Of a stretch of 52,288 nucleotides of DNA, positions 1 through 9,472 are shown one piece after another. Origin of the DNA: Escherichia phage vB_EcoM_Bp10; the sequence record MN122072; one strand, given 5' to 3'. The notes below the pieces were generated by a model. It was not told the DNA's origin and made no database searches. It worked only from the letters and a program-made list of their open reading frames with translations. A program made the translations under genes and the position numbers. How positions within the stretch are numbered: the first letter of the stretch is position 1; every line of letters begins with the position of its first letter.

Positions 1-336
1 ATGAAATCTAAGGAGAAGAAAGAAGCTAAAGCTCTGGTTAACCCGACTGTCTTCTTTGACATGTCCGAGCCGGACTTAGAAGTATTCAACAAACTGCCAG
101 GTGGCGAATCTCCGTATGCAATCAAGAACCGTATTACTTCCGGTGTTGATTTCTACAAGACTAAGCTGTCTGCAATGTTAGGCGGTAAACCTGCCGATGA
201 AGGCGCTGTACCGAATCAGGCTTCTGATGAAGAAGTTGATGCAGCTATGAAAGCTGAACTGGAAGCACAGGCTGCTGCAAAAGCACAGCGTGAAGCGGAA
301 GGTGGTGCTGCCGGTGGTACTGGAATGCCGTTCTGA
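1..336 (+). CDS. hypothetical protein, Ala/Glu-rich C-terminal half
   Basis: ORF begins at window position 1 with ATG; codon usage looks like highly expressed genes (ctg, ggt, cgt); followed by a strong terminator. No recognisable domain. Confidence 0.45.
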   Translation: MKSKEKKEAKALVNPTVFFDMSEPDLEVFNKLPGGESPYAIKNRITSGVDFYKTKLSAMLGGKPADEGAVPNQASDEEVDAAMKAELEAQAAAKAQREAEGGAAGGTGMPF

Positions 337-350
337 TTGTTGAACAATAT

Positions 351-374
351 GGCTCCTTCGGGAGCCTTTAATTT
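351..374 (+). terminator. intrinsic terminator (GGCTCC-TTCG-GGAGCC hairpin plus TTTAATTT)
   Basis: Perfect 6-bp stem with TTCG tetraloop followed directly by a T-rich run, just after the stop of ORF 1..336. Confidence 0.6.
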
Positions 375-383
375 GGAATTCAA

Positions 384-812
384 ATGAAAGTTTGTAGTTC
401 ATGTAAAACACCAAAGCCTTTATCTGAATTCTATAAATGGAAGTTGGGTAAAGATGGGCACCGAGCAAGCTGCAAGTTTTGTGTAAACAAACAGAACAAC
501 AACAGCATAAGCAAGAATCCAGAAGCCAAACTTCGAGCAAGCCGTAAGTATAAGAAAGTTAATATCGACAAAGTTCGAGAACAGACTTCTTTATACAGAA
601 GCTCAAACCCAATAAAGCGTGCAGCACATGTTGCAGTCCAAATAGCTCTTAGAGAGCACAGACTTGTAAAAGGTGTTTGCGAATGTTGTGGAGATACTAA
701 TTCAGTAGCTCACCACGACGACTATTCTAAGCCTCTGGATGTAAGGTGGTTGTGCAACTTCCACCACAAACAGTGGCATACCGAGAACGGAGAAGGACTC
801 AATGGCAAGTAA
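384..812 (+). CDS. HNH endonuclease (homing-endonuclease-like)
   Basis: N-terminal CxxC..CxxC zinc ribbon; C-terminal CECCG...AHHDDYSKP...WLCNFHHKQWH matches the HNH nuclease signature; overlaps the start of the next gene. Confidence 0.65.
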   Translation: MKVCSSCKTPKPLSEFYKWKLGKDGHRASCKFCVNKQNNNSISKNPEAKLRASRKYKKVNIDKVREQTSLYRSSNPIKRAAHVAVQIALREHRLVKGVCECCGDTNSVAHHDDYSKPLDVRWLCNFHHKQWHTENGEGLNGK

Positions 813-1827
813 GAAGCGCGTACTGCTTCTCGTTGACGCGGATATGGTAGCATTTAGCCACTGCGCGGCAGAAGAATATGGGAAAGAGCCAGGAGATATA
901 AACTTCGCCAAGATTCAAATGTCCATAGACTCCAAAATGGAGTTCCTTGCCAAACGCTCTGGCGCTACGGAGATTATGAGTTTTGTATCCCCGTCCGAAA
1001 CTATGAGGCACGTATTTGCCCCTGACTACAAGGGCAACCGTGATAACGTATGGCGTCCAGAAAACCTCAAGAATGCGAAAGCGCATATTATGGTTGCCTG
1101 GAACGGTGTGTGGATGAAGGGTCTGGAAGCAGATGACCTCCTTGCTGTATTCGCACGTCATGAATACGAAATGACAATGGGCAAACGTAATGAGATTAAG
1201 AGCCTCAAGCGCATTGGTCCTTGCACATATGATGAAGTCTGGATTGCGTCGTTGGACAAAGACTTGCGACAAATCGGGCAGAATGGTGGTGCTGGTCCAG
1301 TAATTAAACATTACCAATGGGAACGAGAAACCCAGGGTATTGGTGAGAAGGTTGTAACTCCGAAGGATTACGGCGAACTCAAACTAATCATCAAGGACAA
1401 TGGCAAGTCGAAGAAGAAAGAAGTTAAAGGCAATGGCCCTAAATTCTTCTTGCATCAATTGCTTATCGGCGACTCAACGGATAATGTTATGGGTTGCGGA
1501 GTTCTTGAAGAAAGAATCTACAAAACTGGTGCCAAAGCTGGTGAAACTTATTTCCGTCGTGATGGCATTGGTGCAGTTGCTTCATTCGAAATGCTGGATG
1601 GTACAACCTCCTATGCAGAAGGTTTGAAGAAAGTTATTGGTGCATATATTATGCGCTTCGGGGATGGTTGGGAACAAGAGCTGCTCAAAGTGGGCCGTCT
1701 TGTTTACATGCACCATCAAATTGAAAAGGGTAATTGTGTTCGCTTGTGGCATTACAAAAACATTAACGAATACTTTGACCTTAAAGAGAATCGTATCCTT
1801 ACTCAAGAAGAGTACCTCCAGAAATAA
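802..1827 (+). CDS. 5'-3' exonuclease / flap endonuclease (PIN-like, Pol I 5' nuclease family)
   Basis: Motifs LLLVDADMVAF, GLEADDLLAV, LDKDLRQ and LLIGDSTDNVMG fit the acidic metal-binding clusters of FEN-type nucleases. Confidence 0.75.
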   Translation: MASKKRVLLLVDADMVAFSHCAAEEYGKEPGDINFAKIQMSIDSKMEFLAKRSGATEIMSFVSPSETMRHVFAPDYKGNRDNVWRPENLKNAKAHIMVAWNGVWMKGLEADDLLAVFARHEYEMTMGKRNEIKSLKRIGPCTYDEVWIASLDKDLRQIGQNGGAGPVIKHYQWERETQGIGEKVVTPKDYGELKLIIKDNGKSKKKEVKGNGPKFFLHQLLIGDSTDNVMGCGVLEERIYKTGAKAGETYFRRDGIGAVASFEMLDGTTSYAEGLKKVIGAYIMRFGDGWEQELLKVGRLVYMHHQIEKGNCVRLWHYKNINEYFDLKENRILTQEEYLQK

Positions 1828-1838
1828 TTGGAGTTGGA

Positions 1839-2363
1839 ATGGCTTACGGTTATTGTGGAACGGAAGCCAAGTTCGTGTCTTGGCTCCAATCTGCTATTCG
1901 AAGTGTTTGGTCTAAACACCCAAGCAAACTCGCGCTAATACAATCTCGACGCATTGCATTGAAGGTTGGTGACTCAAAGAAACCAATCTTCCACATTCAA
2001 TGCTACCACTGCAAGAAGTTGTATAAGCTCAAAGAGATTGAAGTAAACCACAAAGTTCAGGTTGGTGGCCTCCTTAAATTGGAAGACCTGCACCGCTTTG
2101 TGGACAACCTTCTACTGGTTCAGCCAGAAGATTTGGAATTGCTGTGTAAAGATTGTCACGGCATTATTACATACATGGAGCGATATGGTGTATCACGTCG
2201 TGATGCAGTCATTGAGAAGAAGTGTATTGCATTTTCCAAATTAACTGACGAAGAGCAAATTGCCAAGTGCAATCTTGCCAAAATAGAGCCAGTTCCTAAA
2301 ACCAAAATCGGACGCAAGAATGCTGTTCGAGAATACCTGAGAAAGAATCTTAATGTCTATTAA
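1839..2363 (+). CDS. HNH endonuclease-like protein
   Basis: CYHC...EVNHK...LLCKDCHG resembles the HNH His-Asn-His core with flanking Cys pairs. Confidence 0.5.
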   Translation: MAYGYCGTEAKFVSWLQSAIRSVWSKHPSKLALIQSRRIALKVGDSKKPIFHIQCYHCKKLYKLKEIEVNHKVQVGGLLKLEDLHRFVDNLLLVQPEDLELLCKDCHGIITYMERYGVSRRDAVIEKKCIAFSKLTDEEQIAKCNLAKIEPVPKTKIGRKNAVREYLRKNLNVY

Positions 2364-3108
2364 GCTCCTCGCTGATGGTACAAGATATACAAAGGCTCAC
2401 GCACATGACTGGGAAGACCCAAACTGTCTTATTCGTGGTCGATGCGAATTGTACATCAAAATTGACGGCATACGAGCGATTCGTAATGCTTCTGGTGAGG
2501 TATGGAGCCGCAACTCTAAACCTCTCCCTCACTGCGACCATCTCAAATTTAAAGATGCAGAAATCTTTCGCGGTTCCTGGAACGAGACTTCATCTATCCT
2601 TGGGCGTATCGACCCTCCGACCATACCGTTATCGCAAGAAAACGTTTATGAGTTGAGTGATGGTGCTGTTGACCCACGCCTGTACATCGGCTGGTGCAAG
2701 GACCCAAGCAATGAAAACCTTAAGGCATTGATGGATAAATATCTGGCGCTTGGTCATGAAGGTATCATTGTCCGCGATGCAAAAGGTAAATGGTGGAAGA
2801 TTGTACCATATAAATATGCCGATGTGAAGATTACTGGTATGAAAGAAGGTACTGGTGCTCTTAAAGGTATGTGCGGTTCTATCTCCTCGAACTACGGCAG
2901 TGCCGGTTCAATGGTGAAAGATTGTCTGGCAGACCACGGTGTTCCAGAATCTAACACATTGATTCGTAAGTGGTTGTGGGAACATCGCCACGAGCTAGTT
3001 GGTTCGATTATGCAAGTTCGGTATCGTGAGAAGACAGAAGCTGGTAAGTTCCGGTTCCCGTCACTCGTTCGTTTACGTGCAGACAAAAGTGAGGAAAGTT
3101 TTGATTAA
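2353..3108 (+). CDS. compact ATP-dependent DNA ligase-like nucleotidyltransferase
   Basis: YIKIDGIRAI matches the KxDG(I)R adenylation motif I; EGIIVRD and WWKIVPYKYADVK resemble motifs IV and V. Only 251 aa. Confidence 0.6.
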   Translation: MSIKLLADGTRYTKAHAHDWEDPNCLIRGRCELYIKIDGIRAIRNASGEVWSRNSKPLPHCDHLKFKDAEIFRGSWNETSSILGRIDPPTIPLSQENVYELSDGAVDPRLYIGWCKDPSNENLKALMDKYLALGHEGIIVRDAKGKWWKIVPYKYADVKITGMKEGTGALKGMCGSISSNYGSAGSMVKDCLADHGVPESNTLIRKWLWEHRHELVGSIMQVRYREKTEAGKFRFPSLVRLRADKSEESFD

Positions 3109-3727
3109 GCGATTAGCTGTTATTCTCAATGGACCTCCTGGCTGCGGCAAAGACACCATTGCAAATAAGATTGTTGCTGCTGAGGAACCTTACTTCCTCG
3201 GCAGACGCAAATTCATTAAACACCAGTTTAAGGATGCACTGTATGAGCATACTGCCAAACACTTTCAAGTTGATGTGGACAAGTTTATTCACTACGCTTC
3301 GGACCGTGACCTCAAAGACTCTATCTCCCTTGCAGGTCTTGGTGGCAGAACACCTCGTCAGGCTCTTATTCACGTTAGCGAAGATGTGTATAAGCCTCGC
3401 CACGGACAAGACTACTTCGGTAAGGTTGAAGCTGCTCGTGTTAAAGAACTCGCGGGGCGTATGGGTGGCATTATTAATGTCATTTATCCCGATGGCGGTT
3501 TTGGTGATGAAGTCGTTGCCATTGAGTCTGCTTATGATTTTGTCCTCGTTGTGCGTTTGCATCGTGATGGTTTTGATTTCACGGGCGATTCTCGCAGATA
3601 CATCAACCTCCCAGACACACCTACCCGCGTAACAGTGGACGAACATTTAGTTGATGGTAAAGTGGGTGATTCTGTATTCAAAGTGTTCAACTGGATTGAA
3701 CGCGTAACCTATAAAGTAGAGAAATAA
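3101..3727 (+). CDS. P-loop NTPase, putative (deoxy)nucleotide kinase
   Basis: Walker A GPPGCGKDT near the N-terminus; small size and nucleotide-metabolism neighbourhood. Start re-picked to in-frame TTG 3101 (GAGGA 5 nt upstream); ORF track starts at 2999. Confidence 0.5.
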   Translation: MIKRLAVILNGPPGCGKDTIANKIVAAEEPYFLGRRKFIKHQFKDALYEHTAKHFQVDVDKFIHYASDRDLKDSISLAGLGGRTPRQALIHVSEDVYKPRHGQDYFGKVEAARVKELAGRMGGIINVIYPDGGFGDEVVAIESAYDFVLVVRLHRDGFDFTGDSRRYINLPDTPTRVTVDEHLVDGKVGDSVFKVFNWIERVTYKVEK

Positions 3728-3729
3728 TC

Positions 3730-4251
3730 ATGTCTTGTATGACTCAAGTTGTTGCTGTAAAGCGAGTGCATCCTAATGCGAAATTACCTGTGTACGCTAC
3801 TGCTGGCGCTGCTGCTGCTGACGTTTGCACTATCTCCGATAGCACTGTTGTTATCAATCCCGGCTGCTCTGCTGTTTTCGATACTGGCCTCCAATTCGAG
3901 ATTCCAGTTGGATACGAACTCAAAGTACATAGCCGTTCTGGTCACGGCTTTAAGTCTGGTATTCGCCTGGCAAACTGTACAGGAATTCTGGACTCCGATT
4001 ATCGTGGTAATCTTATGGTTAAGTTGCACAACGACTCGGACACAGCCTTTGTGGTTCAACCAGGTGAACGTATTTGTCAGGTGCAAGTTAGTAAAGCTAC
4101 TCAACACCATTTCGTTGAAGTTGACCGCTTGAATGCAACTGGTCGTGGTGAAGGTGGCTTTGGCTCAACTGGTCGTGTGGAACTTGGTCAGCATGAAAGA
4201 CCACATATTCCAGAAGGCTTGACAGTCCACAATCACAGCATTGCCAAGTAA
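3730..4251 (+). CDS. dut: dUTP diphosphatase (dUTPase)
   Basis: All five dUTPase motifs are visible: AGAAAADV, RSG, GILDSDYRGNL, QPGERICQ, RGEGGFGSTG. Confidence 0.85.
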   Translation: MSCMTQVVAVKRVHPNAKLPVYATAGAAAADVCTISDSTVVINPGCSAVFDTGLQFEIPVGYELKVHSRSGHGFKSGIRLANCTGILDSDYRGNLMVKLHNDSDTAFVVQPGERICQVQVSKATQHHFVEVDRLNATGRGEGGFGSTGRVELGQHERPHIPEGLTVHNHSIAK

Positions 4252-4290
4252 TATTCGACATTCTCAGTAACCAATTGGAACCTATCTGAA

Positions 4291-4620
4291 ATGAAACTGT
4301 CCTCACCTGTCGTAGTAAATAACCGCAAAGTTAAATTTGCATACCTCAAGTCTAATGTCACCTCCACTGGTGGCGGGACTTATCTCACCCGTGCACTTGC
4401 AGTTCGCAACGAAACAGGTGCGGATGTTATCGTTTTCATGCTTCCTCATGGTGAAAACACAATCAAGAACGTCGAACGTATCAAGCGTGGGCGCGAAGAT
4501 TTAATGTCGGCTGTTAAGCCGCTGATACTGCCATTCAAGATTGTGGTGGTTGTTGGTTCTACCCAAGCATATCTGGAAGATTTCTATAAAGATATGGCCT
4601 GGAGCGATATTAAATATTAA
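4291..4620 (+). CDS. hypothetical protein
   Basis: Clean ORF between dUTPase and a terminator-like hairpin; no recognisable motif. Confidence 0.45.
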   Translation: MKLSSPVVVNNRKVKFAYLKSNVTSTGGGTYLTRALAVRNETGADVIVFMLPHGENTIKNVERIKRGREDLMSAVKPLILPFKIVVVVGSTQAYLEDFYKDMAWSDIKY

Positions 4621-4637
4621 GCGACACGCGTAATTAG

Positions 4638-4667
4638 GGAGGCTATCTGGCCTCCTATCTTATTCGG
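4638..4667 (+). terminator. terminator-like hairpin (GGAGGC/GCCTCC) with T-rich tail
   Basis: 6-bp perfect stem, 6-nt loop, followed by TATCTTATT; sits between two genes. Confidence 0.4.
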
Positions 4668-4675
4668 AGTCGCTT

Positions 4676-4861
4676 ATGCGCACAATACAATGTCCTAACT
4701 GCCACTATGAAATTGCAGAAGATGATTTCATAACGCAGCAATGTCCTATCTGTGATTCATATATGCCACTAAACCGCCTGTATTTAAAGGCCGATTCTGG
4801 TTTAGGCAGCATCATTCGCATCAATCCCGTGCAAACTCAGCCATTAGTGGATTGTGATTAA
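4676..4861 (+). CDS. small zinc-ribbon protein
   Basis: CPNCHY...CPICDS, two CxxC pairs in 61 aa; immediately upstream of the large terminase gene. Confidence 0.45.
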   Translation: MRTIQCPNCHYEIAEDDFITQQCPICDSYMPLNRLYLKADSGLGSIIRINPVQTQPLVDCD

Positions 4862-4880
4862 AAACAAAGAGAACGAATCA

Positions 4881-6899
4881 ATGTCAAAGACTGATGACCT
4901 CGGACCGGAGTTTAATGATACAGTAGCCTCGTATCTTGCCAAGCACTACGGTGACGTATTAAAAGTCTCAAGAGAAAGATTCTGTATTCTATCTTTGCCA
5001 TTGCTCCGTCGATATATTTCAGAAAATACTGCAATAGTTGACAGCTATGAAGAACAAATTCAAGCAGAGTTAGAAGGCCAGGGTCTTGAAAACGATGCTG
5101 TACTGCGTTCCGTTTTCAGAGCACAACTTGAGCGTCTTCGCTCTGGCGACAAGAAAGACTCAACTGCCTATGCAGATGAGTTGAAGAAAGGTATTCAAGC
5201 AGGTGTTACTGACCGTGTTGCAGGTTCCACTTTGGAGGAACCAAACTCGGAACATGATAACACCGATGAACTTGTAGACAAGATTCTGCATGACCCACAT
5301 AACGTGGACCCAACTGTAATCCCTGCCAAGGTTGCAGAACGTGTTCGCAAAATCTTGATGAAAAGTTTCGAAGCCTTTGGTAAATGGCAGTTCCATATCC
5401 AGATGGGATTTCCATTTCAAGCACAAGACTTTCACGATGTAATATTCAGTGTTGGTCAGAAGGTTGTTGATGGCGAGATTGACCGCTTAATAGTGACCAT
5501 TCCTCCACGACACTCTAAGACACAGCTTATGAGTATTGCATTACCCTTGTATTCATTTTGCCACAATGAATCGAGCCATAACATTATCACCTCGTATGCA
5601 GAAGACGTTGTTCTTGAATCGAGTGGTTACATTCGTGCTGTAATGATGGACCCACTGTTCCAACGCATATTTCCGAAGGTGAGAATCGACCCCAACAAAC
5701 GTTCACTTGAGCGCTGGGGTACAACCAAAGCTGGAGTTATGCACGCAGTACCTACTGGTGGTAAGCTAACTGGTAAAGGTGCTGGTCTTCTTGTTGCAAA
5801 ATACTCCGGCTGTTTCGTGGTGGATGACGTTATCAAACCGAAAGATGCCTACTCTGACACAGTTCGAGCAGAAATCAACGACCGATTTGATAACACCTTT
5901 ATGTCCCGTCTTGCCAACGATGGTTGCATAACTGATTCGTACGGAAACCAAATTAAGTGCGCCCGTACACCAATGGTTATCATCATGCAGCGAGTTCATG
6001 ACCAGGATTTAGTTGGTTACATACTCCGTGGTGGCTCTTCTGACAAATACCATTATCTCAATATCCCAGCGATTATTGAGAAAGGCGTTGGAAGTGCCGA
6101 ATGGTATGATAAGTTAATCAAGAAGCAGAACTACACTCATGCCATTCCCATTCTGTACAATTTGAACAGGAAGGAAGAGAAGTCTGCATTATGGCCTTCA
6201 CGTAAGAGCTTAGAATCTCTGGAGGCAATGAAAGAGTCTAACCCATACACATACAATTCACAGTATGCTGGCGACCCATCTGCACAAGGCCACGGCCTTA
6301 TCAAAGAAGATTGGTGGCAAGAGTATGAGCCAGACGTTTTCGACAGAAGTCGCATAGTCAGAAGTTTTATCACAGCGGATACGGCATCAACTGCCAAATC
6401 CTATTCTGATTATTCGGTCCTTAAGCATTGGGGCGTGACTAAAGAGCGTGATGTTTATTGTTTAGATATTATGCTCGGTAAGTTTGAAACTCCAGAACTC
6501 AAGACTGCTATCATCGACTTCTGGAACAAATGCAACAAGTTGGACTTGAAGTGTGTGGGTTGTATTCCTCGTGCATTGTACATGGAAGACAAGTCTGCCG
6601 GACAATTCTTGAACCAACAATTTATTAGAGATGGGAGTGTCCGAGTTTTACCGCTGCCTCGTGATGGCATCAATGGTAATGACAAGGTAACTCGATTCCT
6701 TAACGCAATCCCATATTTCTCGCAAAAGAGAATATTCTTCCCTGCTGGTCATGAACACATTGACCACGTTAGACGTGAAATACTTGGATTCACTTCTTTG
6801 GGTAGTGGTACTGGACACGACGATTGTGTCGATAACGTTTCAGATATGGTTGCAATCGAATTCTCAGGCCCAAGTGCCAACTACTCCGCATGGATGTAA
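4881..6899 (+). CDS. terminase large subunit with N-terminal extension
   Basis: Walker A-like TIPPRHSKTQL, Walker B-like CFVVDD, C-terminal nuclease-like ITADTASTAK and GHDDCVD. Start taken at ATG 4881 (GAGA upstream); the ORF track begins at GTG 4854. Confidence 0.8.
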   Translation: MSKTDDLGPEFNDTVASYLAKHYGDVLKVSRERFCILSLPLLRRYISENTAIVDSYEEQIQAELEGQGLENDAVLRSVFRAQLERLRSGDKKDSTAYADELKKGIQAGVTDRVAGSTLEEPNSEHDNTDELVDKILHDPHNVDPTVIPAKVAERVRKILMKSFEAFGKWQFHIQMGFPFQAQDFHDVIFSVGQKVVDGEIDRLIVTIPPRHSKTQLMSIALPLYSFCHNESSHNIITSYAEDVVLESSGYIRAVMMDPLFQRIFPKVRIDPNKRSLERWGTTKAGVMHAVPTGGKLTGKGAGLLVAKYSGCFVVDDVIKPKDAYSDTVRAEINDRFDNTFMSRLANDGCITDSYGNQIKCARTPMVIIMQRVHDQDLVGYILRGGSSDKYHYLNIPAIIEKGVGSAEWYDKLIKKQNYTHAIPILYNLNRKEEKSALWPSRKSLESLEAMKESNPYTYNSQYAGDPSAQGHGLIKEDWWQEYEPDVFDRSRIVRSFITADTASTAKSYSDYSVLKHWGVTKERDVYCLDIMLGKFETPELKTAIIDFWNKCNKLDLKCVGCIPRALYMEDKSAGQFLNQQFIRDGSVRVLPLPRDGINGNDKVTRFLNAIPYFSQKRIFFPAGHEHIDHVRREILGFTSLGSGTGHDDCVDNVSDMVAIEFSGPSANYSAWM

Positions 6900-7114
6900 A
6901 TATGGCGGTTATCACTCGTTTAGATGCCCGCTCACGCAAGAACAACTCCTTCCAGATTCAAGATTTGGAAGGAAACATTTTATGTGTGATTGAGGCAGTT
7001 TCTACCACAGAGAGCGACTGTGTTAAGTTAAAGCACGAGTCAAATCTGCGACTCCACACCTCCGACAACATTCAAATTGTTAAGGGTAATGGAACTATTC
7101 TAAGGAAGAAATAA
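6890..7114 (+). CDS. hypothetical small protein
   Basis: 74-codon ORF overlapping the terminase stop and the portal start (TAATG); no motif. Confidence 0.3.
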   Translation: MDVNMAVITRLDARSRKNNSFQIQDLEGNILCVIEAVSTTESDCVKLKHESNLRLHTSDNIQIVKGNGTILRKK

Positions 7115-8430
7115 TGACTTCCAAGAAGAAAAATAATCTCTCTGTTAAAGTTGCAGATGGGTTAGAAAACCTTGTAACGGGGTTGGGCGGTCAGGCAGAT
7201 AAGTCCACTTTTAACCAGTGGACTTTCTCAAACAAGAACGCGAACTATCGCGAACTTATGAACCGCTTCCGTGAGGATTGGGTGGCACAGAAAGTGTGTA
7301 CCGTTATTCCTCAAGATATGACGCGTAAGTGGCGGCATATTGATACCGAAGAGGGACGCAAAGCGGATAAGAAACTTCGTATTCGTAAGCTGTTCCGTGA
7401 GGCGTATCAATGGGCCAGATTGTATGGGACTTCATTTGTTCTGCTCGACCTAAAAGGTACGGGCAAACTTGATACACCATTGCGACTGGATAACTTGAAG
7501 ACTGGGTGTATTAAATCCATGAGAGTTATTGACCGCTCACGCTTATTCGCCGCAGGGACTATGGTTCTGGACCCTTTGAGTCCTCACTATGGTTTGCCAG
7601 AGTACTACACTTTGGCTGGGTATCCCGGCTATATCCATTACACTCGTTTCCTTCGGTTCGAGGGTACTGAACTGCCACTGTTCGAATTCCAACGTAACAT
7701 GTGGTATTCCGATTCGGTACTTATTCCGCTGTTGAAAACGATTGACCAATTCTACACAACTGCCGCTGCTGCTGCCAGCCTTGCTCAAGAAGCCACAATT
7801 GATGTGGTAACTGTCGAAGGCTTACAATCTTTGCTCACATCACCGGAAGGTGAGGCTGCTGTGATGAAGCGCTTCAAACTCATGAAGCTGGCAAAGAGTA
7901 TTTATAACGTCTTAATTCTCGACAATACTGAGAAGTATGACACCAAGTCAATTGCACTGTCTGGTGTGAAAGATTTGATTTGGGAATACTTGAAGATAGT
8001 TGCTGCCGCAGTTGGTATTCCGGCTACACGTTTCCTTTCTGCATCTCCAGACGGTATGAATGCTACGGGCGAATCTGACCTCGTAAACTATATCGACTTG
8101 TTGACTGGCTTGCAGACTTCTGTGTTTGACCCTCGTTTAGATGTGGTAGACAAGATTGTCCAGGCGCACTTTGGCATTGAAGAATATAACTACGAATGGT
8201 TAGACATCTTCCCTGAATCCAATGTTGAGAAAGCGAAGCGAGCTAAAGATTTGGCATTTGCTGTTGACCTGCTGGTTAACAACGGCACCATTACCACGGA
8301 AGTTGCAAACGAAGTCATGTTCCATTCGGGCGTGTTCGGAACTTGTGACCTTGGTAAGCCAAATCCTAATCCTCCTAACATCCAAAAGGGTAACGCAAGT
8401 GAAGCAAAACCAAAACCTGGTTCAGCTTAA
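7114..8430 (+). CDS. portal protein (candidate)
   Basis: 438-aa ORF directly downstream of the terminase and upstream of scaffold-like and capsid genes; assigned by position and size, not by a verified motif. Confidence 0.55.
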   Translation: MTSKKKNNLSVKVADGLENLVTGLGGQADKSTFNQWTFSNKNANYRELMNRFREDWVAQKVCTVIPQDMTRKWRHIDTEEGRKADKKLRIRKLFREAYQWARLYGTSFVLLDLKGTGKLDTPLRLDNLKTGCIKSMRVIDRSRLFAAGTMVLDPLSPHYGLPEYYTLAGYPGYIHYTRFLRFEGTELPLFEFQRNMWYSDSVLIPLLKTIDQFYTTAAAAASLAQEATIDVVTVEGLQSLLTSPEGEAAVMKRFKLMKLAKSIYNVLILDNTEKYDTKSIALSGVKDLIWEYLKIVAAAVGIPATRFLSASPDGMNATGESDLVNYIDLLTGLQTSVFDPRLDVVDKIVQAHFGIEEYNYEWLDIFPESNVEKAKRAKDLAFAVDLLVNNGTITTEVANEVMFHSGVFGTCDLGKPNPNPPNIQKGNASEAKPKPGSA

Positions 8431-9463
8431 CGACGAAGATACCGTGAATGAAGTAGTTTTGTTGAACGACAAGGCTACTTTGACGACCCGTCGTTTACGT
8501 GACTCTGGCGAAATGATTGCAGAATGCACCATCGCCCGTACTGGCATCATGCTGTACAAGGCGAAAGAACTTGGTGAAATTGCAAAACATCTGGACCCAG
8601 AATCTATTTGCCGTGTTCGTACCAAGCCGGAAGTATTATTTGACGAAGCAACCATCGAAGGCTGTCGTTCAATCCCGGTTACTATCGGCCATCCGAAAAA
8701 TGATGTTAACATCAAGAACAACAAAGAACTCCAGAAAGGGTTCATCGAAGGGCGTCCAGTTGCAGACGGTTCTTTCTTAGCTGCATCAATCGTTTTGAAT
8801 GACGAGCAAGCTATTCGATTAGTTGATTCTGGTGTTGACCAAATCTCCTTGGGCCATAGTGCTGAACTGGCTGTATCAGAAGATGATGAAGCCGACTTCG
8901 ATAAAGTTCGCATTATCCCTAACCATGCTGCAATTGTTGTTCGTGGTCGTGCTCAGACTACTCGCATTGGTGACTCTGGTGAAGAGATTGCCATTGTTGA
9001 TAAGGCAACCTTTGACGTTGTTGAAGCAGAGCGTGATGCAGCGCTTGACAAGATTAGTGTCCTTGAACAGAAACTTGCTGATGCAGAAACTGCACGACTA
9101 TCCGATGAAGCTATTCAGGCTGAGGTAGACAAACGTGTAGTTGCTCGTACGGCATTGCTTGTTGATGTGGCCCGTCTTGGCGACGAGTTCTCCAACCTAG
9201 ATTTCTCCGGCAAGACCGATGCAGAAATTAAGTTGGCTGTAGTTAATAAATTGCATGACAAGGATTTCAGCGATAAGAGCGAAGACTATATCTCCGCCCG
9301 TTTCGATGCAGCTCTTGAAGATTGCGATTCCATTACTTTGGGAGATGCCCTGAATCAGTCTATGCAATTCTCTGCTAAGAAAGATTCAGAAGCTCGTAAA
9401 CCTAAAGTTTCTATTTCCGAAGAAGCTAACAAACGTCGTTTAGAACGCTTCAACTCTTTATAA
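8399..9463 (+). CDS. head scaffolding / prohead-processing protein (candidate)
   Basis: Sits between portal and capsid genes; C-terminal half is coiled-coil-like and charged. Start re-picked to GTG 8399 (AAGGG upstream); ORF track starts at 8222. Confidence 0.4.
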   Translation: MKQNQNLVQLNDEDTVNEVVLLNDKATLTTRRLRDSGEMIAECTIARTGIMLYKAKELGEIAKHLDPESICRVRTKPEVLFDEATIEGCRSIPVTIGHPKNDVNIKNNKELQKGFIEGRPVADGSFLAASIVLNDEQAIRLVDSGVDQISLGHSAELAVSEDDEADFDKVRIIPNHAAIVVRGRAQTTRIGDSGEEIAIVDKATFDVVEAERDAALDKISVLEQKLADAETARLSDEAIQAEVDKRVVARTALLVDVARLGDEFSNLDFSGKTDAEIKLAVVNKLHDKDFSDKSEDYISARFDAALEDCDSITLGDALNQSMQFSAKKDSEARKPKVSISEEANKRRLERFNSL

Positions 9464-9472
9464 GGTAAGACA

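Noticed and set aside
8222-8398. Upstream start at 8222 for the scaffold-like gene
   Set aside because: It would overlap the portal gene by more than 200 nt in another frame; GTG 8399 with an AAGGG RBS gives a conventional short overlap. ATG 8512 remains an alternative.
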